Below, one piece after another: positions 40,143 through 54,707 of a stretch of DNA of 64,000 nucleotides. Source of the stretch: Octopus sinensis (taxonomy: Eukaryota); the NCBI RefSeq assembly GCF_006345805.1, contig NC_043009.1:58590001-58654000 (forward strand). The letters are read 5' to 3'. Both the position numbers and the translations under genes were made by a program. Every line of letters starts with the position of its first letter. The stretch's first letter is position 1. The notes below the pieces were generated by a model, which saw only the letters and a program-made list of their open reading frames with translations, searched no databases and was not told the DNA's origin.

Positions 40143-43100
40143 TATGTAGAAAATCTACATATTGATTCTCTTGTTTGCTGTTTTAAAGAGTAGTCAATGT
40201 TTGTGTCTATATAACCCATAAGTTCAAATATTCCTATACCTGCTAGATATATATATATACACCATGCATGAACACTATCTTAATTTTGTTTCAGAAATAT
40301 AACATTATTATTGCTATTGCGTTTAACATTTACAAAAACTTCTTCTCTAAGTGCATTAACGTCACTTAACCATTATCTAAATTATTGGGAGCGATTCCAG
40401 GCTCTCAAATTCCTCAACTTCGTACAACAATGAAGACAGCCATATACGTCATGATTTGCATCTGGAAGATTTTGCAGGTCAATCTACTGAATTTAGTTAT
40501 AAACTATCGGTTTTAAAGAAGAGAGCAAGGAGAAAGTGTCAGTTGCCAACGTCTTCATTAGCTGACAATCGAGTGAGAAGATAAGATTACACTATATTAC
40601 AATAGTCTCCTTTTCACAAGATGCGGTTTATTTGATTCCTTACATAAAAAATTCAGGAAATTGACAAAGGGCCCTTTTTGAATATTTTAAACAACACAGG
40701 GGCAAGGTTAATTCCCATCATCATTCTTTCTTAGAACTTTAATCTTAAGTAGGTCAACACCAGTGTCGAAGATCCTCAGGCAAGTCGCTCATACGTCAAC
40801 TACACACCCACACATACAGACACACACACAAACACACATATACATACTCATACACGCACGCGTACTCACACACACAGAGAGTTATTAGCTGATATAAACA
40901 TATATATCATCTGCACTTATACGTCATATCAATACATTCATATACATTCCTACACTGATATATATGGCTAGAGACTTGGGGAGAGAGAATGAGAAGCGCA
41001 GATTTAGGAAGATATGGAGGAGACAGATATGGGAAATGCTATTTTAAAACAGGTTTATTTTTAGAGGGTAGAAAATAGTTTAATTCGTTGTCTAATAAAA
41101 TCGGTAGTGTGCCGATGTTTTAAAAATCACATGGAGATATGTTCCCTTTCTTTGTTCGGACCAGCCATTTTTCCGAAATGAGGTGTTTGAGCGAGTCTTT
41201 CTAGAGGCTGGAAATTTAGCACAGATGATCGGATATTCTAAACGGTTTTTGGTGATAGTACATTTTGGCACTGGTGGGAAACACACGCACGCGAATGGAA
41301 ACGCGCAAAACTATACAAATATAAATAGAGAGAATAAGAAATAAATAATGAGTAAGAAGGAAAGAGAGGGAAAGAGAGATTGCAATTTATTAATTGATCA
41401 CGATTAACATTAACATTACCCCACTCAAACAAAGAACTATGCTCACGCACACACACACATGCAAGCACACATACAGACACAAACATACATAAAGAGAGAG
41501 AGAGAGAAATTGATGGAGAGAGAGAGAGAAATCGATGGAGAGAGAGAGAGAGAGAGAAATTGATGGAGGGAGATAGAGAAGCATTAAACACGAGAAACAG
41601 TATAATGTTTGATGACAAATATAGCAGCGTCGAATCAGCGATGTCAAACTGTCGGCGGCGAAACGGCTGTAGCAAAAAAAAAATAATCTCATATCCATTA
41701 AAACTAGTCCCGAAAATCCGCCATTAATTTAGGGATCCAATAAGTACAAGCAAGGAAACACATTACGATACCAGAAACACGATCTTCAAGTTTTTCTCGA
41801 TAACGATCCAGGAGGGTTTCAAGTCACATTATCAAATAAAAACAAAACAAGTCAAAACCAAAAGGAGCCATATTTTTCTTGTTCCTCTGGTAGTCAAGTG
41901 ACTGGTAAAGCGCTAGCTTCTTATCCATGAGAGAAGATACAGTTTGTTAAATACAGCTTTATGGACTATTATTATCCGTTAAATAATTCATTTACTACCA
42001 GCCACGTTCCAGTCGCTCCATGAGATGTCATGTCTCGGTAATTTACTGTGACTAATTGACAAAACATTTGTTCATTAAATGGTTAAAATTGCGCATAAAT
42101 CTCGTTGTAACTCAATCTATGGGGAAATTATTGATTGTTTTACATTGAATTTAACATATTTGAGTTGGCTTAGGTCTTAAGCCACTGTAGCCGGTCTACC
42201 AGAACACTTCATTTGACACTTTGAGTGATTAAATCATAAAAATATCGGTTATATTTAATTATATTTTAACATATTTTTTTTGCATTTTCTTTTCTTTTAT
42301 TAAGCGTTTAAAAACCATGCATAACTATGCTTCGTAATTAATTTTATGTGAACATAACCCAAATTCCTATTATTAAATTCGTTTGATTTTGTTTTATTCG
42401 TTTATATGAACTGAAGGGTCTATTAAAAATTAATTAATTATATCTGAATTTTGATGAGAATATTAGAAAGACGCTCAGACTACCTATCCCGACATTTCTG
42501 ATACGAAAGAGAAATTATTTAGTTTAAATTAATAATAATAATCTTCATATGTTAGCATCGGATTCTTAGAAAATTGTTTCGTGTGCTTCGGCACATGTCT
42601 CCATCAACAATACTTCAATTTCCTGTTCTATATCAAACCATATTTCTTGCCATAAGGTTATAATATCATCTTGTGTACGAATGTATACTTCAATTCATGG
42701 ATTTACCACTGTACTGCATTTGAGTTATCTACCCTAAGAGATGGAGAGAAAAAGAGAGAGAGAGGGAGAGAGTAACATACACCTGTAAACATACAAACAC
42801 ACACACATATATGCGTGTGTGTTTGTGTATGCATGTATGTTTAGATAGGTAGAGAGATAGAATGATAGATAGATAGATAAATAGATTGATGTGTACTTAA
42901 ATATATTGTATATATACTTGGGACAAGAAGTTTGGAATAATCTTCTAATATTTATAATTATGCCCATGTACAATTCTATTCAAATATATACAACGTAGAG
43001 AGATATTTACCTAATAATTTTCAGACCTATGTTCCTAACTTTTGGCCCAGTAATAATATATTGGAAATTAAATATAACTTTGTGGTTAATTCATATAGAA

Positions 43101-44696
43101 ATTCTAATTTTCCAGATTTATGTACCAAACATTTAAGTACGACTGTACATACATATAAATATATACACACTCATACAAACATACTCAAATATTAACGCAC
43201 TGATTTTCAGACATGTGTACACATATGTATATATAAAATTCCGTCTACCTGAGTTCCTATTTGGAATAACTTGACCCTGGTTATCTACATGCGTATAATA
43301 TGTGCGTGCGTGTGAGTATGAATAATTAGATAAATAAATCCCACATAGAGTGGTTACCTTCCATATTTATTTTTATATGGGACCTTATGATGTTGAGGAC
43401 TCATTTAAGAGGTCTTCTCCTGAATGGGTTTTACGTAGGATTCTTAATGATTAATTAGCGTATCACCGTTTTGGATAAGCTGCCATAGTGGTCATTGAGT
43501 GTACAGTAAGTTCCTATGATTAATTAATTAGGTTTGTATATGAATATTATAGTTACTTGTTTTAGTTTGTCTATTTATGCTGTACGATTCGTTTGTGGAT
43601 TTTGTTTATGTTTCCGTGAAATGGATATTATAAATGTCCTTAGTTTTGTCTGCAAAATATGAGCATTTTCTTGGAGAAGTTTATTATATTCATATCCTCC
43701 GGCAGATTTAGTTAGAATTTGCTGGTGGATATTTCCTAGATTTGAATGATGTATGTTAGCTGGTGTCTGTAGTCGATATGTGTGACGTTCATGGTGAACG
43801 TTGTGTGTGAGTGAAATTAATTGTGATAATCGAAGTGGATGAGAAGGATGATGTTAATAATGATGATGTTGGCTGACTAAGATTGATAGCAATGACGGGG
43901 TAATAGTGGAGACGTTGAAGATAGAAGCGGGTATGTGCTGATGGTTATGGGAGAATAGGAGAGAATCGATTTCGATGATACGCTGTTGTTGTGATTTGTG
44001 TCGAGTTTTAGCTCTGATCGTACATTTCTTTGTTAATGACATTCCTGCCGTGGCCATCACGCCTTGGTATATGTGGAATTACCTAATTTAATACACCTTT
44101 TTGTTTTGCTTTTTCTTTCTGACATTACATTTGTAAAACATAGATGTTTTGCTGTTACTTTTAGTAGTTTGAGCAATACCGACAGGACCACTTGTTGAGT
44201 CATCGATGGAGGATAAGATCAGTTCGTGCTGGAGCTGGAAACGAGTGCAGGATGATTGATGAGAGGGAGGGATGGTTAGAATTGACGGTGATAGTGAAGT
44301 CGAAATGGTGATTATGACGATGGAGTTTCTGCTGCTGCTGCTGCTGATAACGATCATGCTGAGAGTGATGATGTCGATAATGATCATGGTGATCATCTTG
44401 GTGTCGATGTCGATAGGCAGTAATGATCATAATTAATATAGAGAATGGAGGAGATGTCGCTGATAATAATACTGGTGGGGTGGAGTCAGGTTGATGGCGA
44501 CGTCAACAAGGAGAAGTATTGTGAGGCCATGATAACAAATAAATAGACAGAAGATTGTCACCTGAATCAGGTGTAAAACCAGAGATTAGTTCGGTAAAAA
44601 TTGATGAGGTAAAAATGGAGATGATAACATGACTGTGTTAGTGTGTTTCTTTCGTTGCTGCTGGTGTTATCACTGTTGACGTTGTTATTGTTGTTA

Positions 44697-44937
<241 letters not shown>

Positions 44938-45278
44938 TATCACTTGCTTTTGTTTTTCATTGTTAAATTCATTACAATAAAGAACGTGTCATTTAAATAT
45001 TTCTGAAGTAAAAATACAACACATATGAACTGTTGAGCAGAATAAGAATGAAACACAGTGGTGGAGGGGGGTGGATGTGGTGGTGGTAGTGGTGGTGGTG
45101 GTGAGAGAGATAAGGAGAAAAAAACGAGGGAAAGAGCAAGCAGAAATACAACAAGTACGAATTCTAATAACCACCTACACACCAGCACGGGAAATAGTCA
45201 CACCACACACAAATACACACATACAACATACATACATGCGTATATACTTATATACATACATGCATGCATAAATCGTAC

Positions 45279-45329
<51 letters not shown>

Positions 45330-45333
<4 letters not shown>

Positions 45334-45870
45334 GTACGTACATACGTACTTACATACAAACATACATATACACATACATTGATACATACATGCATTTAAG
45401 AATTGATATATACATGCATATCTACAGACATACAATCATTCATACATACTTGCATACATACGTTCACGCATGCATGCATATATATATTCATGCATATATA
45501 CATACTTGCATACATATATACACACACACATCCATTCATACATGCATACAACCAAACATACACACATACATTCATGCATACATTCATGCGTACATACATG
45601 CATACGTACATACATACATAGATACATACATTCATACATACATAAATTCATACATACCTTCATGCATGCATGCATACATACATACATACATACATTCATT
45701 CATTCATACATAGATACATTCATGCATACATACATCCATCCATACATACATACATACATATATACATACATACATACATACATTCATACAGGCATACATC
45801 CATCCATACATACATACATTCATGCATACATACATAAATACATACATACATACATACATACATACAAACA

Positions 45871-45906
<36 letters not shown>

Positions 45907-45910
45907 TACA
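45330..45910. repeat. (CATA)n-type tetranucleotide array, imperfect
   Basis: Seen directly. Confidence 0.93.
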
Positions 45911-46876
45911 TAGAAACGCAGGTAAAACTACACGCATGCACACAATGCCTACATAACCGCACAAATACATACCCTAGCATCCGAAATAAAATAAATGAAC
46001 AACAGTACAGGAGAAAGAAAAGACAAGTGGAAGAACAACTAAAAGAAAGAAAATTTCTCGAAAGTTTGATGAGAAAGAGATTGCTATCTTCTGAGAGATT
46101 TAATAATCTGATGAGAAAATTAGGTGCTCCGAGGTTACACATGTGTATGTGCATGTTACTATGTGCATATGTGCATGTGACCTCGTGTGTGTGTGTGTGT
46201 GCATGTGTGTGTGATTGCGTCTCCATGTGCAAGTCTTTACGTGAGAACGAGTTAATTTGTGTGGGTTTCTCCGTACGTATGTGCCACCGTCTGTATTTGT
46301 GTATATGTGTTAATTTCTGGTTACGTTTACGTGTAAGTATGTATGTGTGTGTGCGTTTGAGTGTGGTATGTTTACCTGCATATGCATTTGTGTGTATGCG
46401 CGTCCGTGTGCGTGCATGTGTACATGAGTATGTTGCGTAAAGTAGGGTGCTTGCGCATGTATGTGTATACGAAAATGTCTTCGTTTGCAGTTGAGTATGC
46501 AAATGTCTGTGTGTGTGTGTTCTTGTGTGATTACCTGTGTGTGTACGTGTGTATGTGTCTGTGGTGAAGCAAAAAGGTAAAGACAGCCAATGTAGAATAA
46601 ACTAAAAGATGATTCGCAATCAGTTCCATGAACGGATATCGTAAACATACGCACACATACATACATACATGCATACATACACAAATACATACATATATAT
46701 ATGCAGCAACACCAACAAAAACACAGACACACACACACTCTCTCTCTCTCACACACACACACACAGATGCACTCAGACAAGCATTGGACGCACATTTGCT
46801 CAAACAAATATACATGTAAAGTTGAACAACACTTTCTACTTATAACTGATAGATTAGTAGATGAGTCAGTACGTAC

Positions 46877-46914
<38 letters not shown>

Positions 46915-47106
46915 CATGTGTATATTTAAAGAGCTAAAAAACCATTAAGTGGTCAGCCGTATGCTAGAAGTAGATCACCAACGATTAAACTACAAAGAAA
47001 AGAATGTTCTCTAGAGAAAAATTCAGCGGACACCAGAACAATATGCGGGCAAGACAGATGAAAATTATATAAAAAACAAGAATTACTCGCAGACCCGCGG
47101 TTTATG

Positions 47107-47137
<31 letters not shown>

Positions 47138-47419
47138 ATATACGTGTGTATGTGCGTGTGTATGCGCGTTTGTTTATGTATATGTTTGGAAAGAGTAGAT
47201 GAAAGAGAGAGTGACTGAGAGAGAGAGAGAAACAGAGAGAGAAAGCGTAATAATGGCGACTACTAAGAAATAAACTAAATGGCCACGACTCCAGTATCAA
47301 TGGCCGCACAGCAGAGTTTTTGAAATAGTGCTGTAGCAACACGTTCAATATACAAATGTATGAAAAACACACCCACGCACGCATATAAAGACGCACACGT
47401 ACACCCGCACAAACGTGAC

Positions 47420-47612
47420 CGCGTGTGTATCGTTGTCGATTTTTTTCTTCCGTCTTCCCTTCTTTGGATCTTTCCTATTCCTATGTTTCTGACGAAGAGC
47501 TCTGCTCGAAACGTTAAACCCTCCTATTTCCTGACCGTCAATAATACTATATTTGCTCCATGTCCTCATATTGTTGTGTTTTCTCTTTGTGTTTTCATGT
47601 TTGGATTAACTA
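47420..47612 (+). mobile_element. Small PLE pseudo-LTR-like element (family E) with hammerhead
   Basis: Related to 51497-51670; ends next to (TA)n; contains the 47485-47519 hammerhead. Confidence 0.6.
47485..47519 (+). ncRNA. Minimal type I hammerhead motif (palindromic stem III, GUU site)
   Basis: GUUU-CUGACGA-A-GAGC-ucu-GCUC-GAA-ACGU-U-AAAC. Confidence 0.7.
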
Positions 47613-47615
47613 TAT

Positions 47616-47658
<43 letters not shown>

Positions 47659-47853
47659 CATACATACATACATACATACATACATACATACATACATACA
47701 TACATACATACATAGATACATACATACATACACACACACATATATATATACATATAAAATACAATGTACATCTAAACACATTAAGATGTATACATCATAT
47801 GACTCCCTTACGCTAGAAGGAACAGTTAAAGTCCAAACCACTAGTTAGGGATG

Positions 47854-48020
47854 AATTCTCGAAGTGAATGAAAAATTAAAACATTTACCATCTATTTCCT
47901 GGACCATCGTTTCTGATGTACCTTCGCCTAGCAAATTATTTTATTTGCTAATATAAAATCAGAAACTATGGTCCAGGAGACAAATGGTAAATATTTTTAT
48001 TTTATATTCCCTTCGAAATT
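47854..48020. repeat. Long imperfect inverted repeat (about 165-nt hairpin)
   Basis: 47883-47917 versus 47958-47992 match 31/35; the outer arms and an inner tagcaaat/atttgcta stem also pair. Confidence 0.8.
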
Positions 48021-48075
48021 TATATTTCTAAATATATGTATGCATATATACAATACTTTAACAGGGATAGTATAA

Positions 48076-48260
48076 CAGTGACTTCAGAATTTCGACCAGC
48101 TAAACCATCATCGGACTGCAATGTGTTTGAACAAATCTTGGCTTTGGAATATTTTTTCCACGGAAATTTGGGGTTGAGTTGAATTATAATGAGATTCTCG
48201 GTAACGATATTGTCAGGAAGGTTGGAATGGAGAAGTATTTTTATGAAATTTATAATTGAT
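48076..48260 (-). mobile_element. Penelope-like remnant: GIY-YIG-like C-terminus followed by a degenerate hammerhead
   Basis: KILLHSNLPDNIVTENLIIIQLNPKF resembles the PLE E..I...P.LN helix; hammerhead-like motif at 48076-48118 downstream. Confidence 0.45.
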
Positions 48261-48583
48261 TATATTCGCGGTTTTCTTACCGTTCAGAATTTGTAACGAG
48301 ATGTTTATATTTTGGTGTGTCAGCTACAGGTTGTGTGATTGTATTTACGGTTCCAGAAAAGAATGTAGGGAGCTAGAAAAAGGTTGTTGGTCATGAGATG
48401 TGTCACTATCTTTAGTCATTGTTAGTTTCAGTGGATTTACGCCCTTGCTTTTGAGTTTATAAAGATCAAAAGTACGAAGTAATCGTTCAGATGAAAGTCA
48501 AATAGATTTTTTTATTACTCAACAAAATAACAAACATTAGATAAATGTATGTGTATGTGTTTATATATATATATATATATATA

Positions 48584-49020
48584 CGAGCAAAACGCCTCCC
48601 CCCGTCCAATGGACGGTGATGAGTTGTCAAACATTTAAGCCAAATTTTTCTCAAAACAACTTGTCCGACCGTCCCATATGCCTCCCCTTTGAGAAACACT
48701 GATTTAACCTAAATTTGAGACACTAGCAAAACAAGAAATAAAGATAGACTTTTTTCTATTCCAAAGAAAAAACGATTTTATTCACACAATGCGTGTTATC
48801 GATCGCAACAGCTGAAGTACTTGCGCGTACAAATGCACGTTCCCACGACTTTATCGATCGCATTCTCACCTGGAATCAATTTTTGTAATTTTTACAAGAC
48901 TTATACACGCCCTGACACCGTCGGTATCTACATATCAAATTTGAGTGCAATCGGATGGAGGATGTCCGAGATACTAGAAGACACACATACAGACAGACGG
49001 AACAGATTTTATATAATAGA
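48584..49020 (-). mobile_element. Non-autonomous Helitron-like element with two candidate 3' ends
   Basis: Minus strand A|TCTATTATATAAAAT + (GTCT)-type repeat; ttttgCTAG|T at 48723-48726; ttttgCTCG|T at 48584-48587 with hairpin ccgtcc-aat-ggacgg (48602-48616). Confidence 0.6.
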
Positions 49021-49254
49021 TATACACATACACACGCATACATACACATGAATTCTACTTAGCATAATTGTACGAAGTAGTCATCCGATATCTGACGGTT
49101 ACGGTGCTCGATTGTCCGTAGCCGCCTGGTGGCAAACATTTTCCGTATTCGAAGGGTACATACCCAGTCTCTCTCGGATGTTTCATAACTACACAGTATT
49201 CGATATTGAGCATACTTGTCATTAAAATACCAACTAGTTCGGTGCTTCCATAGT

Positions 49255-49625
49255 TTCTCTATAAAATTGTGTGGTCCTGTGGTAAGAAATTTGCTTCCGA
49301 ATTCCATGGTTCCTGTTCAGTCCCACTGCGTGGTACCTTGGTCCAAAAGTCTTCTCTTATAGCCTCGGGCTCGACAAAGCCTTATAAATGAATTTGGAAT
49401 CTGAAGAAGGCTGTCGTATATACATATGTATAGAGCTATGCGCGTGTGCCTTTGTGTCTGTATTTCCCCACCCCCGCCAATCATTGCTTGATAACCGGCG
49501 TTCGTATGTTTATGTATCGTAAATTAGCGGTTCGACAAAAGAGTCCAATACAATAAGTACTAAGCTTTGAAGGCGGTGCTCCAACATGGCTGCGGTCAAA
49601 TAACTAAGACAAGTGAAAAAATAAA
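49255..49625 (+). mobile_element. SINE family C, diverged near-full-length copy
   Basis: Head, accttggtccaaaagtcttctcttatagcctcggg, tail aggcggtgctccaacatggctgcggtcaaataactaagacaag. Confidence 0.8.
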
Positions 49626-49654
49626 TGAATATATATACGTACTTACATACATAC

Positions 49655-49700
<46 letters not shown>

Positions 49701-49743
49701 GCATGTGTGTATATATATGTGCGTGTATGTATGTATGCATGTA

Positions 49744-49822
<79 letters not shown>

Positions 49823-50023
49823 GAAAGAATGGAGTCGAACGAAGATGTTAACAAAATTCCTTTACTCTCGACATATGTTTCGAAGACAACATGTTTTCAT
49901 TCCAAAGGAATAAAGGGTGCATTATGCAATCTTCTCATCAGGAAAGAAAGGGAGCCTCTCTCACAACAAGACAAACAAAAATTTCGATGACTGCTGACGA
50001 TAAACATAGGATAATTCATTCAC

Positions 50024-50072
<49 letters not shown>

Positions 50073-51496
50073 AGGGTCACAATGTTCCAAAATGCCTTTG
50101 GTCTGCGTCGTCAGGACGTGTTTCATTTATTTAGTAAAATCGATAAACAGAGTAAAATGAACTTGCTGTGTGGAGTGTAAAATTCAACTTCGGAAAGAGT
50201 CCCTCCTGAGAAAACACAGACACATACTCATGCGCACATTGGTAGATGAAACAACCGAAGTACAAGAGCACATGACAAGAATTGCGGCCCATTCAGAAGT
50301 TTGCAGATATACAGTTTAAAGCTATTGACTCTATCTCTAAAATTCAGGCAACGAACATTCCACCCCGTTTTTACTGAAGTCCGGAGTGAGAATGGCGAGA
50401 GGAAACATTCTGTGAAAGACATTAAATTTTGGCACAGTATATAGTGAATCTCGTTGAAAATATATAAAAATCATTATATATTTGGCCATCCAAACTCGAT
50501 TCAGTGTATCTAAGAGAAAAAGGATAACAGAGTAAAAGAAAATAGAAAAACGAAGAGAGAGTGAAGAAATAGAAAGTCGATGCAAGGTAAAGTGGAGTAA
50601 AGGAAGAAAATAAAATGAGAAAGAGAGAGCAAGAAAGGGAGAAGAGAGAGAATTAAAGAGGAGCAAAGTGATAAGATGTGAGAGATGAGCCAATTGCATG
50701 TTAGCTTCAGTGATAAAGGAATCATTCTAAAACAAATTGATTTAATGGAAATTTTCAGGGAATAATGCATTTTCAGGGAAATAAAGATATTTTCAGGGGA
50801 AATAAAAATATATTGTGGGAAATAAAGCTGTTTTCAGGGAATTGAAAATATTTTCAGGCATAAATTATAGTTTTAGGTGATTAATAAAGATATTCTGAAG
50901 ATAATTTTATTAAAATCTTAACTGCTGTTTTCCGAATTGCTAAATTAATGGACTTCTTTTCATTTCAAATATTAATTTTTAGCAATTCGTTATGAATGGT
51001 GGAAGTTGAATGCAGAAAGTTCATCAAGGAAGGAGAAAATATGACATCCATGCTGTTAGTTTGATTAATGACATAGTCATTCATGTTTCTGGGCCAGTGC
51101 CAAATAAATATGAGAAATCGATCTCCAGAGAATCGACTGATAAAGCATAATCATTTTTCATAGGGGTAAGATTTGACGTTTCCAAAGTTGGTTCCACTAT
51201 CTCCTTGGCTCTCAGCCTCTCCAACTCTATAAGATAATTCTATTTTAGCAACGTATACTTTGCAGCTAATCGAGTAATGTGCCGATTGGGAATATTTCCA
51301 TATGCTGTGTAAGGGCATTGGCGTGTGGAAGCGAAGGTTCAGGTTCCAGGTTCAATTCCATTTCGTTGTAAAACACGCTGCGCAAAAGGATTCATTTGGC
51401 CGATTGAAATGTATATATCTACATATATACATATGTTTATATATTTGTATATACGTGTATGAATATGCGAATTGTACATGTGTGTGTGTGTGTATG

Positions 51497-51670
51497 TAAC
51501 CACATGTGAATCGTTGGTGAGTTTTTCCCCTCCGTCTTCCTTTTCTACTGGACTTTGCTCGAAAAGTAAAACCACTTTCTTTCTTTACCTAAGCGTCTTC
51601 TAATATTTTACATGTACCACGTCCTCGCGCTGTTGTTGTTGTGGTTGCATTTCGTTTTTTTTTTATTTAC
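51497..51670 (+). mobile_element. Family E copy with the hammerhead core deleted
   Basis: tccgtcttccttttctactgga|ctttgctcgaaaagtaaaacc aligns to 47450-47520 with the CTGACGA segment missing. Confidence 0.5.
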
Positions 51671-51740
51671 TATATATTATATATATTATATATATATATG
51701 TATGTATATATGGATATACACATGCATGCATAAATACATA

Positions 51741-51914
51741 CTCTTTATTTTCTCTCTATATTTTTTCTCCTAGTTCCTTTCTGTGGAAGAGCGTAGGCTC
51801 GAAACGTTAAAGACTTTTTCGCTTCCCGAGCGTTATACTAATACATAATACATATGTTTGTTGTCTACACCACCTGTCTTCGTCTTTTGTTCCTTTTTTG
51901 TGAATTCACCCTAT
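51741..51914 (+). mobile_element. Small PLE pseudo-LTR-like element (family F) with a variant hammerhead at 51777-51812
   Basis: CUUU-CUGUGGA-A-GAGC-guag-GCUC-GAA-ACGU-U-AAAG. Confidence 0.55.
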
Positions 51915-53305
51915 AAATACACACATACAGACAGGTAGACAGACAAACAGACGCACATATGCATACGCACTCACACACACGCTCACACATGTATACGCAT
52001 GCTTACATATATGCATGTATGTATGTGTTTGCATGTGTTTGTGTATGTGGACAAACCTCAATTGCACCACACCATGTCAGGAAAACTACATTACATTCGT
52101 ATGGGTAAAGGTGAGTTGAAGTAAGTTATTCATTTACATGCAAAATTTAGCTACATTGGCCAACAATATATTTTGCAAATAGATTTCAACGTAGATTTCG
52201 ATACGTATCGAAGGTTTCTGTAATGGTATGGACCAAAAAAGCAATGAATTACCAACAGTCTACAGTCGAGAAGGAACTCACTGACATGTTGCTGTTCACC
52301 AGATTAAGACTTATATTTTGAGTGCATTCAGCTGTTATGTCGCACGTTCAGATGACCACTACTCAACTCTTCTCTACTCTTCTGTGCTTCTGACGTCTAG
52401 GCTTCTCCTCTATATCTACGTATTGGGCAAGTCTACTTCATCGTCTGGGGGCGTCCACACAACATCAAAACTCTTCGATCACGATAAATACACATATTTC
52501 ATATCACTTAAGAACAATGTAACGTTTATTAGATGCATTTGACGGTTTAGGTAGAAATTTACAAAAGTCACCTCTTATGACATGCACGCCATTTCACATA
52601 GAATATCCCATTACAGATGTCTTTAGAGAAAGTATGAGCCACATTCACTGCTTAAACGATAATATAAACACCATCTGAGACAGACCACCACAAATTCCCC
52701 AACCTCCATACATTCATATTGCGACCCCAAAATGATGCATACTAGACGCGTATACATGTTTACGCAAATTTATTACCGAACACCACGTTGCAGTCTTTCT
52801 CTTACGTATATGCCTTTTAAACTCATTGTATATGCAGAGTCGAAATGTATAGCCTGTCTCATAGTCGGCCCGTCAGTAACCGCACTATCAACCATACCAA
52901 ATTTGCATTGTGAAGAGGGTGATTTTCGTCCAACAACATGTAGTGCGAAACATTTTTTAAACTGTTAAAGGCCGATGAATTCAGTAGGGTTAACAGCTAT
53001 TTAACAACTGGGTCGCCTAGCCTCTATTTTTATTTTCCGTGCGATATCTTTTCCTGAAGAATTAAATTCCAAAATATCGCTCGCATCATTTCGAAGCAGG
53101 AGACTTTTCTCTTGTTTGTTTCTGGACTACTTGCCTTTGTGTTAGAGAGTCTTCCTTCAGCGATACTGTAAAGAGGTTATTGACCTTAAATTTCAGCACG
53201 AGCGGTGCTGAGAGCCATTGTCTGTAACCACTAGGATATCGTAATATGATGGCCATATCCATCTCCGAGTGGAAACCATCATGTATGCATGTACACACAT
53301 ACGTA

Positions 53306-53594
53306 TTTATTATTATTATTATGGGTGTTTCTAACCCGAGTCGCAGCAACTGAGTCTACCAGTTACACATTTTGGTCCATCATCACGATCTCGATATCCT
53401 GGATACATTGCAGGACATTGTGTCCAACCAAGTTATCGATGCAAGTGTGACGTTTACCTCATCTTACATCAACTAGAAGTGGGTTCCAAAAGATTGATTT
53501 TGATGCTTCAACTTCAGAATGGTGCACCCAGTGACCAGATAGTCGCAGCCGTCTTTATCTGATCTTCTCGCTGTCTGCAGGTCTCCGTGAAGGC

Positions 53595-53598
<4 letters not shown>
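53306..53598 (-). mobile_element. RTE-clade LINE 3' end, degenerate, with (AAT)n tail
   Basis: Manual translation LHGDL…[13 protein letters not shown]…SKSIFWNP…R*GKRHTCIDNL…MMDQNV matches the RTE C-terminal RRLR.AGH…LW.P…RGRP..T.ID.L…M.DR motif. Confidence 0.7.
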
Positions 53599-53650
<52 letters not shown>

Positions 53651-53672
53651 ATAATAATATATATGCATAATG

Positions 53673-53741
<69 letters not shown>

Positions 53742-53977
53742 TATATATATTATATATATATATATATATATAATGATATATGTATGAAGGTATATACATA
53801 CGTATACATACATATGTATATAAATATAAATATATATATATATGGATATATATATATAGAAAGATAGATAGATAGATAGATAGATTTGCATATACATACA
53901 TACTTACACAAACATATATTATATAATTGTATCTGTATGACGGTATATACGTACATATATATAATGTTATATATATA

Positions 53978-54017
<40 letters not shown>

Positions 54018-54672
54018 GTACGTGTGTATATATTTATATATACTTCCGTATATGTAAATAAAGCTTCGAACGCGCCGATTGTATGTATAAAGCTCAGCCT
54101 GTCTGCATTCAGCTAGAGTAATTGAACTTAATGAACATAGATCTTAATACTTTCCTTATCTATAAGAGTTTGCTGGCAGACATGCCGTTTGAAAGCGTTT
54201 CAAGACCAGCGGAATCGTCATTCACTACACTCACTTCGAACAGAACTTCATCTCACAGACAATGTTTGAAGATGGCAGAACAAAACATATGTGTGAATTT
54301 GACCTCACAACACAGGAGATCATACCTTGCTAATATGATATATATCCAATCATTTCAGTTGTACTAACTTCGTTATTTGATCTTCTGCGAAATGGAAGAA
54401 ATTTGTAATATCCTAGAAGAAGGTCTGCTGGAATTCAAAGTAATATTTATTGCAATTGCCGTTTGATCTTCGATTATTGATAATGGTCGGATGACTGAAG
54501 ATTGATGTAGGAATAACTTACGCTTAGAACAATAGATAATGCAGTAGACATCCTTGTCCAGTTCACTTCGCTAATCAGGATTATTAACTATGCATAATAC
54601 ATACTCACATATATGCAAGTATTAACATACACACATACATACACACGCACACACACACACACACACACACAT

Positions 54673-54707
<35 letters not shown>

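Noticed and set aside
43560-43790. Possible PLE RT thumb remnant on the minus strand
   Set aside because: The resemblance (HPP.IL..LP) appears only after multiple assumed frameshifts.
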